In this document: positions 14,632 through 22,337 of the stretch, piece after piece
Numbering within the stretch: the first letter of the stretch is position 1
Layout of the letters: each line of letters opens with the position of its first letter
IMG/VR virus record: IMGVR_UViG_3300032086_003047
Location: 1 to 58,949 of that record
Strand: one strand, 5' to 3'
Length of the DNA: 58,949 nucleotides
Source: a virus
Taxonomy: Duplodnaviria; Caudoviricetes
The notes under the pieces: generated by a model
What the model was told of the DNA's origin: nothing
Databases searched by the model: none
What the model saw: only the letters and a program-made list of their open reading frames with translations
Translations under genes and position numbers: made by a program

Positions 14632-17289
14632 ATGGCAATACAGGAAATCGAAGTTAGTTCCGCACAGGGGACTAAAGGCTTTGCTAAGAAAATCGATTCT
14701 GGTGCAAAGCGTATGGTGTTTGATATCTTGCAGGCAACGCAATATCAAAAGCCAGAGGAAAGTACGGTTCGAGAGCTGGCTTCCAATGCAGTAGATTCTC
14801 AGCGTGAGAAGAACATTGCTATAGATATCTTGCGAGATAAAGCAAGTCCATCTAAATATTTTATCGAGAGAGACGGTGAAAAGTATAAGGATAGTAATTG
14901 GGATCCTACATACTATGACCTAAATCATCTTGATATGGAAAACAACCATGTTGAAATACAATACACAGAGAATGAAGGTGTGGGATTTTGTGATACACTC
15001 ACAATTAAAGATTTTGGTGTGGGTATTGGTGATTCAAGAATAGAAGGTGTTATCTCTTTAGGTTATTCAACCAAGAGAAATAACAAAGCTGTTCTTGGTG
15101 CATGGGGTTTAGGTGCAAAGGTTGCACTATCAATGAGATCTGACTATTATAAGATAGAAACTGTACACAATGGAAGAAAATTTATCTTCAATTGTTATGC
15201 ATATAAGACAGATTTTGCGATAGGTAAATTCAATCTAAACACAGGAGAGAATAATGAATACATCACACTTTCTGATGGTACTGAAGTGTATTATGAGAAT
15301 ACTGATGAAAAGAATTATACCAAAGTAACTGTCTTTTGTAAAAGACATCATAGAAGTAATATCAAGAATGCTGTAAGATCTCAGCTATTGTATTTCAATA
15401 ATGTTACATTTGACTATAGGTATGAAAATGAAGAAGCAAGTGAAAGTGTTGACTTTCTTGCAGATGTTATTTACAATTCTGACAATATCATTATCTCCAA
15501 CAATCATCAATTTAGTAAACCACACGTAGTTATTGTAAAAGGTGATGATTCATTTGATACTACGGGTGTATGTTACGGTTATATTGATTTTACTCAGCTT
15601 GAGATGGAGAATCTCAGGGGTAATATTGGTATCAAATGTCCTATACGTTCTACAGTTCGTGATGAAATCACTGGTGAGGAAACGGTTCTTATTGATGGTG
15701 TATCGGTTACTCCGTCAAGAGAGTCAGTGATATGGGATGATCATACAAGAGAATTCTTGTTGAAGAAACTACAGGACGTGGTTAATGAGGCAAGTATTCT
15801 TGTAGCTAAAGAGCTTGTAGAAGATGACTTTATTGAGTGGTTGGAAAAATGTAGAACTGTGATCAGTAATGTTGACAGGTCAAGTGTTATAGGTAGAATG
15901 TCTATGCTTATAGATAAGTCTAAACTAAAACCAGCATTTCAACCTGAACCTTTATTAAAGTATACCAACGTTAATGAATTGTTTTGGTCTTATAATATAA
16001 GACGAGTAAATTCTCACTTTGATAGAAGTAAGAAGAAAACAGTTGTAACAAGAGATGATGTTGAGTTTTGGCATGATCTTAATACTGAAAGGTTATTCTA
16101 TAAGAAGGGTCCGACAAGTAAGTACAAGGATGAATACATCATTCAAACTATGGGTCAATTTACTATGATTGAAATGGGAGAAATACCCAAGGAGTTCAAT
16201 GTAAAAGATCTTAGTGATGATGCAAACGATAGTGATATTGCTAAAATGAAAAAGCATTACATTAAACGTAGAGATCTTGTATATGAATATCTTGTTAAAT
16301 CAAAGCTCTATAAAGATTACGATAGTCTTGAAGTTCCTGAAGACTGGCAGAAAAAGATAGATGATCGTGATGAAGAAGAAGGTAAGCTTGCAGAACATGA
16401 GGAGCTAACTCCTGCAGAATTACGTAAGCTTGAGAATAAGATACCTGTAAAGTATATTGTACGTTATTGGAAGAATACTCAATGGAGTAAAGATGATTAT
16501 GATTCTAGATTTCATCATTGGAAAATGACAGACATCAAAATTCCAGAGCTACAACAGAGTGAAGACATAATTTATTATGGTCATAATGCAGATGATAAGA
16601 AGTTATGCTTTGCTGCTCATTTTGTAGTTAGAGGTAAGAGTCATTATGAATTTGAAAAATGGGATACATTTAAACCTAATACAGATTCTGAAAACCCATA
16701 CAAGTTTCTTAAAATAAGTAATATCAATAAGAAGTATTTGAATGAGTTTCTACATATTGATAGATTCTTTAAGATAATGATAAACGATACAATTACGATG
16801 GATAATAAATTAGTAAACTGGCATACTGCTAGATTGATATCCGATCAGTTGAAAAATCTTAGGATGTTTAGAAATTTTGAAGCATTCAATTCTGATCTTT
16901 CAGAAAAGTATGAGAAGCTAGTAAAGTTCTATGACCAACATCAGCATGCATTTGGATGGTATTCATATTCTACTACAGAAATGAAAGATGAACTAATGGA
17001 ATACTTTGACAAGGTTCTCAACTTTCAATTATTCGTAAAGGATAATCCAAATGATCCTGAAGCTATAGCAGAGAGATCAATGCAGTTATTCTCTATAGAT
17101 GATGCAAAGAATGCAATAGCTGTAGATATCGAAATGTATGATATTCTACAGGAGCTGTTGGAATATGCTGAAGAGGTAGGTCCATTATTGAATAATGTTG
17201 AATTTTTATTTCAAACTAAAGATATTTCTAATGAACAAGAAGTTCTTGTAAAAGACATTTTATTGTCTAAACGTTTGGAAATCAGTTAA
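14632..17289 (+). CDS. rIIA: rIIA-like protein with N-terminal GHKL ATPase fold
   Basis: RELASNAVDS, DFGVGI, GYSTK, GAWGLGAK, VTPSRE; paired with rIIB. Confidence 0.8.
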   Translation: MAIQEIEVSSAQGTKGFAKKIDSGAKRMVFDILQATQYQKPEESTVRELASNAVDSQREKNIAIDILRDKASPSKYFIERDGEKYKDSNWDPTYYDLNHLDMENNHVEIQYTENEGVGFCDTLTIKDFGVGIGDSRIEGVISLGYSTKRNNKAVLGAWGLGAKVALSMRSDYYKIETVHNGRKFIFNCYAYKTDFAIGKFNLNTGENNEYITLSDGTEVYYENTDEKNYTKVTVFCKRHHRSNIKNAVRSQLLYFNNVTFDYRYENEEASESVDFLADVIYNSDNIIISNNHQFSKPHVVIVKGDDSFDTTGVCYGYIDFTQLEMENLRGNIGIKCPIRSTVRDEITGEETVLIDGVSVTPSRESVIWDDHTREFLLKKLQDVVNEASILVAKELVEDDFIEWLEKCRTVISNVDRSSVIGRMSMLIDKSKLKPAFQPEPLLKYTNVNELFWSYNIRRVNSHFDRSKKKTVVTRDDVEFWHDLNTERLFYKKGPTSKYKDEYIIQTMGQFTMIEMGEIPKEFNVKDLSDDANDSDIAKMKKHYIKRRDLVYEYLVKSKLYKDYDSLEVPEDWQKKIDDRDEEEGKLAEHEELTPAELRKLENKIPVKYIVRYWKNTQWSKDDYDSRFHHWKMTDIKIPELQQSEDIIYYGHNADDKKLCFAAHFVVRGKSHYEFEKWDTFKPNTDSENPYKFLKISNINKKYLNEFLHIDRFFKIMINDTITMDNKLVNWHTARLISDQLKNLRMFRNFEAFNSDLSEKYEKLVKFYDQHQHAFGWYSYSTTEMKDELMEYFDKVLNFQLFVKDNPNDPEAIAERSMQLFSIDDAKNAIAVDIEMYDILQELLEYAEEVGPLLNNVEFLFQTKDISNEQEVLVKDILLSKRLEIS

Positions 17290-17324
17290 ATAAACCGTAA
17301 ATTAATAATAAATAAATATAAATC

Positions 17325-17624
17325 ATGAGTTCAAAAATTAAAACGATTGAAGTTACAAAAAGAGCATTGGCAACTTACAAAGGTCTAGGTCAGACTAATG
17401 CTCAAATCGCCAAGAGATTCGGAATTACATCATCTGAAGTTATGGATGGTTTAATTACTTTTGGAATGGTGAAAGGTAAGAGTTTAAAGAAAAACTACGA
17501 GGTGAAATACGTGGACGATCTTAATTTTGATACGGAAGAAGAAACTACTGAGGAAACATCAGAGTTTGAAACTGCCGATCAGGAAGAGGTTGAAGACGCA
17601 GAGTATGCATACGAAGAAAACTAA
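17325..17624 (+). CDS. small protein with HTH-like N-terminus and acidic tail
   Basis: GQTNAQIAKRFGITSSEV; E/D-rich C-terminus. Confidence 0.65.
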   Translation: MSSKIKTIEVTKRALATYKGLGQTNAQIAKRFGITSSEVMDGLITFGMVKGKSLKKNYEVKYVDDLNFDTEEETTEETSEFETADQEEVEDAEYAYEEN

Positions 17625-17630
17625 AACTAA

Positions 17631-18827
17631 ATGTCATATATTTCAATTAATCGAATTGGTGATTCCATAACAGGTAGTTATGGGAACACCAACTTCGGTG
17701 TTTCCTTTAATGAGGAACGCTGGAGTAAAATGCAGGAGCTGGAAGAAGCTTCTCTCAACGCATCAAGTGTTGATGAGATCAACCAGATTCTTGAGGATTT
17801 TGCAGAACTTGCAAAAGAAGACTTCAAAACTATTATTGAGTCTGAATACCCTAACATCTATGTGAATAAAGCAACAGGTCAATTTCATCTTAAGGTTGGT
17901 GATAAGGTAAGCTCCGTAGCTATGCCTAAGTCATTCGTCGAAAGAATAAAGGATTCTATCGATAAAGGTATCGATCCAGAGCCTTTGATAAAGTTCTGGA
18001 CCAGATGGCTAAGAAATCCTGTTCTTAGAAGAAAGAATACAGCTAGTCAGCTTGACTTCTCTGATAGAGTAGTGAATTATGTTAATGCATTGTTCATGGA
18101 CGATGAGGTGAAAGAACAGCTTGTAGAAGAACATGGTATAACACCAGATCTTGCTGAAGAAAGAGCAAAGGTTCTACAGGTAAAGATTACCAAAGAGGGA
18201 TTGTTATGTACTTACAAAGTATCTACAGAAGTTACCGAGAAGTTTGCATTGGATGAAGATGGTAATCCAATAACTGTTTCAAGATACAATAAAGTTATTG
18301 ATCCTGATACAGGTATTGTAAGCTATGATGAACCAGAGCATGTAGAAAAGCGAGTATTCAAGCCTGCTATTATGGGTAACAGCGGAGATGCATTCTATTG
18401 CGAAGGTGATAATGGTTATGAAGATCCAGGTCATTTTATCAAAGTAGGTTGTACACATAGATTACCAGATTGGTCTTATGTGAATACAAATAATGATGCT
18501 TCTTGTGTTAAAGGTTTGCATGTTGGTGGATTATCTTACATAAGGGGGTATCAGACTGGTGATAGAGTTACTCACAATGTATTCATAGATCCTATGCATA
18601 TTGGTGCTATTCCTAACTGTCATACTGATGGAGATGGAGCATTAAGATGTTTGCAATACTTTGTTCATTCTTCATTTGCTGGAGTTAATGGTTCTATTTA
18701 CCATTCTTCAGAATACGCTGCTTTAACTGATGCTCAGTGGATTAAGATGCGTGAAGAGATCATCAAAGAATTTGGTGAACTTGAAGAAGTGAGAGAAGAC
18801 GAGCTTAATGAGCTCAATGCATTGTAA
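17631..18827 (+). CDS. rIIB: rIIB-like protein
   Basis: FWTRWLRNP, ITKEG...YK, VNTNNDASCVKGLHVG...Y motifs of rIIB. Confidence 0.78.
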   Translation: MSYISINRIGDSITGSYGNTNFGVSFNEERWSKMQELEEASLNASSVDEINQILEDFAELAKEDFKTIIESEYPNIYVNKATGQFHLKVGDKVSSVAMPKSFVERIKDSIDKGIDPEPLIKFWTRWLRNPVLRRKNTASQLDFSDRVVNYVNALFMDDEVKEQLVEEHGITPDLAEERAKVLQVKITKEGLLCTYKVSTEVTEKFALDEDGNPITVSRYNKVIDPDTGIVSYDEPEHVEKRVFKPAIMGNSGDAFYCEGDNGYEDPGHFIKVGCTHRLPDWSYVNTNNDASCVKGLHVGGLSYIRGYQTGDRVTHNVFIDPMHIGAIPNCHTDGDGALRCLQYFVHSSFAGVNGSIYHSSEYAALTDAQWIKMREEIIKEFGELEEVREDELNELNAL

Positions 18828-18850
18828 TTTAATTATTAATTCTTAACTAT

Positions 18851-18875
18851 AGGGGAGTGTAATGCTCCCCTTTTT
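18851..18875 (+). terminator. intrinsic terminator
   Basis: AGGGGAGT-GTAAT-GCTCCCCT followed by TTTT. Confidence 0.85.
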
Positions 18876-18880
18876 ATATT

Positions 18881-20038
18881 ATGGCAAATAAAATGAAATT
18901 TCTAACATTTGAACAATTTCGAGAAACTGATGCAATTTCTGTTTCAAGACTGAATGACCTTTCTTATTCTCCGTTATTGTACAAACAAAACCTTGAGGCT
19001 GTAGAAAAAGAACCTACTGCAGCTATGAGATTCGGTAGTGCTGTAGATTGTATGATCACACAGGATTCCAGTGAGTTTCAAGAAAGGTATTATGTGAGTA
19101 GCATAAGCGAACCACCTTCAGAAACAATTCAAAAGATCGTTACTGGAGTATACAATGAAATTGATACAGCAGATTCTCTTCATGCTTTTTCAGAGCTCTC
19201 TGATTTTTCTAATGAGATATTAGAACATGCGGCTTATCAGCAGTATGGTCAATCCTGGAAACCTGAAACGCTTGTAAAGAAAGTTGTTGATGCAGGTAGC
19301 AGCTATTTCAATGAGCTATTTGATTCAAACGGTAAAGAGATTCTTAAACAAGAAGAGTTTGAATCTATAGTAGCTGTAGTTGAAAGTTTGAATAACAATG
19401 AGTTTACCAAAATCTTTATTAGTGGAGATGAGTATGAGAGATGGTGGCAATTGCCTATTGTATTTGACTACAAGGTAGATGATGAAACAATAACGTGTAA
19501 GGCGTTACTTGATCTTCTTATTATTGATCATAAGAATAAAGAGATTCGAGTATTTGATATCAAGACTACTGGACAAAGTGTTTATTCATTTAGCTCAAGC
19601 TATATGAAGTTTGGATACTTCCGTCAAGGTTCTTTCTATTTTCGTGCAGCAACTAATTTCCTAAGAAATGTATTTCCTGATTATACAGTGATGAATCCAG
19701 AATTCATTGTTGCAGAACAGGCTAATATAAATCCTCCTATGATCTACAAGATGTCCACACAGGATATTATGACAGGCGAGCATGGTGGAGTTACTACATT
19801 TGGTAAGGAAGTTAAGGGCTATCGTCAATTGATAAAGGATCTTATATGGCACAGAGAGACAGATAAGTGGGATTATCATCGTGAGGTATATCAAAATAAC
19901 GGTGTTACTGTTATTGATAATTTCAGAAATGATGGTACGAATGTAAATCTTCCAGTTCCAGCACAGGAAATGGTAGATGATCTGTTCGAGACTCTAGCTA
20001 ATATTACTAAACCCGATTCTAATAATTCTGCAAACTAA
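18881..20038 (+). CDS. PD-(D/E)XK exonuclease, RecE/ExoVIII-like
   Basis: ISVSRL, FGSAVDC, CKALLDLL, FDIKTT, YFRQGSFY. Confidence 0.82.
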   Translation: MANKMKFLTFEQFRETDAISVSRLNDLSYSPLLYKQNLEAVEKEPTAAMRFGSAVDCMITQDSSEFQERYYVSSISEPPSETIQKIVTGVYNEIDTADSLHAFSELSDFSNEILEHAAYQQYGQSWKPETLVKKVVDAGSSYFNELFDSNGKEILKQEEFESIVAVVESLNNNEFTKIFISGDEYERWWQLPIVFDYKVDDETITCKALLDLLIIDHKNKEIRVFDIKTTGQSVYSFSSSYMKFGYFRQGSFYFRAATNFLRNVFPDYTVMNPEFIVAEQANINPPMIYKMSTQDIMTGEHGGVTTFGKEVKGYRQLIKDLIWHRETDKWDYHREVYQNNGVTVIDNFRNDGTNVNLPVPAQEMVDDLFETLANITKPDSNNSAN

Positions 20039-20042
20039 TGTA

Positions 20043-20879
20043 ATGAAGAGAACTACACTAAAGACAGGGACAAATCAGTTTGTAATACTGACTCCACTTA
20101 ATGCAAGATCTGTTTCAGTTAGTTCTATGAGAATAAAACCTACAGCTCTTCTCAATGATAATGATGAGACTGTAAAGTTGATATATGACAAGTCATTTAT
20201 CTTAGAGAGGGGTAGTCAGGTTAGTCTTGGGAAAGAACCATTCAAAATTAGTTACATTGAAAATGCAGATCCTGATTTTTTATTACATGCATCGAAACTA
20301 ACTAAGGCTAGTTATTTTCTAATGCCGACTATAGGGGAAACCAGGAGTTATTTTATGTGGTCTAAGCACTTTGTTAATTGTTTTATTAGTACGGAGAGTG
20401 ATATATACCTGGATCACGGTTGTGATCTACCGTGTGTTTATTTATTGTATAGATTTTCTAAGAGCATGCAGTATAGTAATTTTGAGAAGAAGATACAGAA
20501 TAATGAATTATTCATTAAGATGTATGATGTAGATCCTTTTCATGTATTATATGTGCTCAAGATACCAGAACATCTATTTGATGAATATGAACATTTTATG
20601 AAAGGTAAGTATTCCAAATTCCATATTAAATACAAAGAGCAAATATTGACATTTCATAATGCTCCAAGAACATCTGATCTATATGGTATTCTGTGGAAGA
20701 CAAGACAGTTTCGGGAGAAGCTGGAAACGAAGCTTACAGGTATTGTAGAGAGGGAATCAGATATAATTAAGATCGATCCTGCTGCAGAGTTACATGATCC
20801 TCCATTATTTGAAGAAGAAATGTATCTGGAGAAGTATAAGATCAAAAAAATAATTAAACCAAATGTCGAATATGAATAA
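20043..20879 (+). CDS. hypothetical protein
   Basis: 278-aa ORF in the operon; FMKGKYSKF segment. Confidence 0.7.
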   Translation: MKRTTLKTGTNQFVILTPLNARSVSVSSMRIKPTALLNDNDETVKLIYDKSFILERGSQVSLGKEPFKISYIENADPDFLLHASKLTKASYFLMPTIGETRSYFMWSKHFVNCFISTESDIYLDHGCDLPCVYLLYRFSKSMQYSNFEKKIQNNELFIKMYDVDPFHVLYVLKIPEHLFDEYEHFMKGKYSKFHIKYKEQILTFHNAPRTSDLYGILWKTRQFREKLETKLTGIVERESDIIKIDPAAELHDPPLFEEEMYLEKYKIKKIIKPNVEYE

Positions 20880-21567
20880 AGAAGCATTTGAAAAAATAAT
20901 GGATAAGAAATGGCTAGAGTTACTCTGGCCTTTTCTATCCTCAGAGGAAATGGTAAATAATTTCAAAGCAATTAAGGGTAAGAAAACATTTAGTATTGTT
21001 TATCCTTCATTTGAAGATTGTTTTAGGGCGTTTAAGCTCACTCCATTTGATGAAGTAAGAGTTGTTATAGTAGGACAGGACCCGTATCACGATGGATCTG
21101 CAGATGGGTTAGCCTTTAGCGGTTCCCGTAATACAAAATGTCCTAAATCTCTTGCTAATATACTACTGGAGGTAGAAGATGATTGCTATAATGGCCTTAA
21201 TCTTGACAGAGCAAGTAACTATGACCTTTCAGGTTGGGCTAAACAGGGTGTGTTGTTGTTAAATACAGCATTCACTGTTGAAAAGAGAAAACCTGGTAGT
21301 CATAAGAAATACTGGCAAAGTTTTACTAAGGAAGTATTTCGTTTATTGCGTGAAGAGAAGCAAGGATTGATCTATTTATTATGGGGCAATCATGCTAAAG
21401 ACTACAAGCAATACATTTCCGAAAAGATGAACTATATTCTAGAGGCTGGACATCCCAGTCCCTTGAATACTACAACGCCATTTAGGGGTTGTAAACACTT
21501 TAGCAAAACCAATGATATAATTACCCAGAATAACGGGGCTGAAAGTTGTATTAATTGGGGTATATAA
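20863..21567 (+). CDS. ung: uracil-DNA glycosylase family 1
   Basis: VVIVGQDPYH, GLAFS, WAKQGVLLLN, LLWG, HPSPL, F.GCKHFS. Confidence 0.96.
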   Translation: MSNMNKEAFEKIMDKKWLELLWPFLSSEEMVNNFKAIKGKKTFSIVYPSFEDCFRAFKLTPFDEVRVVIVGQDPYHDGSADGLAFSGSRNTKCPKSLANILLEVEDDCYNGLNLDRASNYDLSGWAKQGVLLLNTAFTVEKRKPGSHKKYWQSFTKEVFRLLREEKQGLIYLLWGNHAKDYKQYISEKMNYILEAGHPSPLNTTTPFRGCKHFSKTNDIITQNNGAESCINWGI

Positions 21568-21697
21568 TTTAAAAAGAACAAGTTTAATGTCCATGAGACA
21601 TTGATTTCTGAATATAAGCAAAAATACAAACAAGAACATACGCATGCACTTAATCATGAAATGAGCAAGAATTTATCTAACTTTTAAAAAGAACAAG
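21568..21697 (+). repeat. 15-bp direct repeat TTTAAAAAGAACAAG
   Basis: At 21568-21582 and 21683-21697. Confidence 0.75.
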
Positions 21698-21904
21698 ATG
21701 GATTTATTTCGATGGTTATTAAGTAATCATGAAGCTTTCTACAGATTACTATTGCTTCACATAGTATGTTTAGGCGGAATAGTGTTGCTATTTCTTGTAA
21801 TCCTTCCATTATACTTTGAGATAGCAGTTGCTATGTCGTTTATGATAGTATTGATGAGACAGTGGTATGTTGTTGTAAAGCTTTATGAGAATGAGAAATC
21901 ATGA
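21698..21904 (+). CDS. small two-TM membrane protein
   Basis: Long hydrophobic segments. Confidence 0.6.
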   Translation: MDLFRWLLSNHEAFYRLLLLHIVCLGGIVLLFLVILPLYFEIAVAMSFMIVLMRQWYVVVKLYENEKS

Positions 21905-21938
21905 TTTGGATGTTGTCTTGTTCTTTTTTTTATATTAG
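21905..21938 (+). promoter_or_regulatory. candidate Bacteroidota-type promoter
   Basis: TTTG-N22-TATATTAG, just upstream of ATG 21943. Confidence 0.35.
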
Positions 21939-21942
21939 TGAT

Positions 21943-22146
21943 ATGTTTGAAAAAGAAACCGTTGTAGCAGATAAGCAATGTAGTGAAGCATTGGCTTATT
22001 TTCATATCATGGCTCAGATCAGAGAACGGGAGTATTCAGTTGAGATGTTGTGCAGTAAAGGATACGATACACTATGGTCCATCAATGACGATAATTGGTG
22101 TACATTCGTTGCATTTCCCACCGATGACCTGGAGTGCTTGAACTAA
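21943..22146 (+). CDS. hypothetical protein
   Basis: Track ORF 21901-22146; in-frame ATG at 21943 follows the promoter-like motif. Confidence 0.5.
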   Translation: MFEKETVVADKQCSEALAYFHIMAQIREREYSVEMLCSKGYDTLWSINDDNWCTFVAFPTDDLECLN

Positions 22147-22187
22147 TACGTTAGGGGCCGTTTACTTTTTTTTTATTTGCTATTTAA

Positions 22188-22218
22188 GAAAAAACCCCCT
22201 ACCTGGCGGTAGAGGGCT
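22188..22218 (-). terminator. intrinsic terminator on the minus strand
   Basis: Minus strand reads GCCCTCTACC-GCCA-GGTAGGGGG followed by TTTTTT. Confidence 0.8.
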
Positions 22219-22302
22219 TGCTAGATGAGCAATTATAAATCAAATCAAAACAATTAACAATCAGAAATTATTAATTATGAAAAACAGAAATTAGAAAATC
22301 GA
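22188..22302 (-). ncRNA. candidate U-rich small RNA of about 110 nt
   Basis: Lies between a promoter-like motif (22306-22337) and a terminator (22188-22218); no minus-strand ORF; complementary to start-codon contexts. Confidence 0.4.
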
Positions 22303-22305
22303 CTA

Positions 22306-22337
22306 CTAATGTAGGACAATATTATAAACTTTCCAAA
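22306..22337 (-). promoter_or_regulatory. candidate Bacteroidota-type promoter for the small RNA
   Basis: Minus strand TTTG-N20-TACATTAG. Confidence 0.45.

Noticed and set aside
14632-15300. Hsp90, topoisomerase or MORC-type defence ATPase call for the GHKL protein
   Set aside because: The adjacent rIIB-like gene and the TPSRE motif fit rIIA better
22277-22294. Micro-ORF MKNRN* on the plus strand with a good start context
   Set aside because: Only five codons with no supporting plus-strand signals; promoter and terminator point the other way, although it remains an alternative reading
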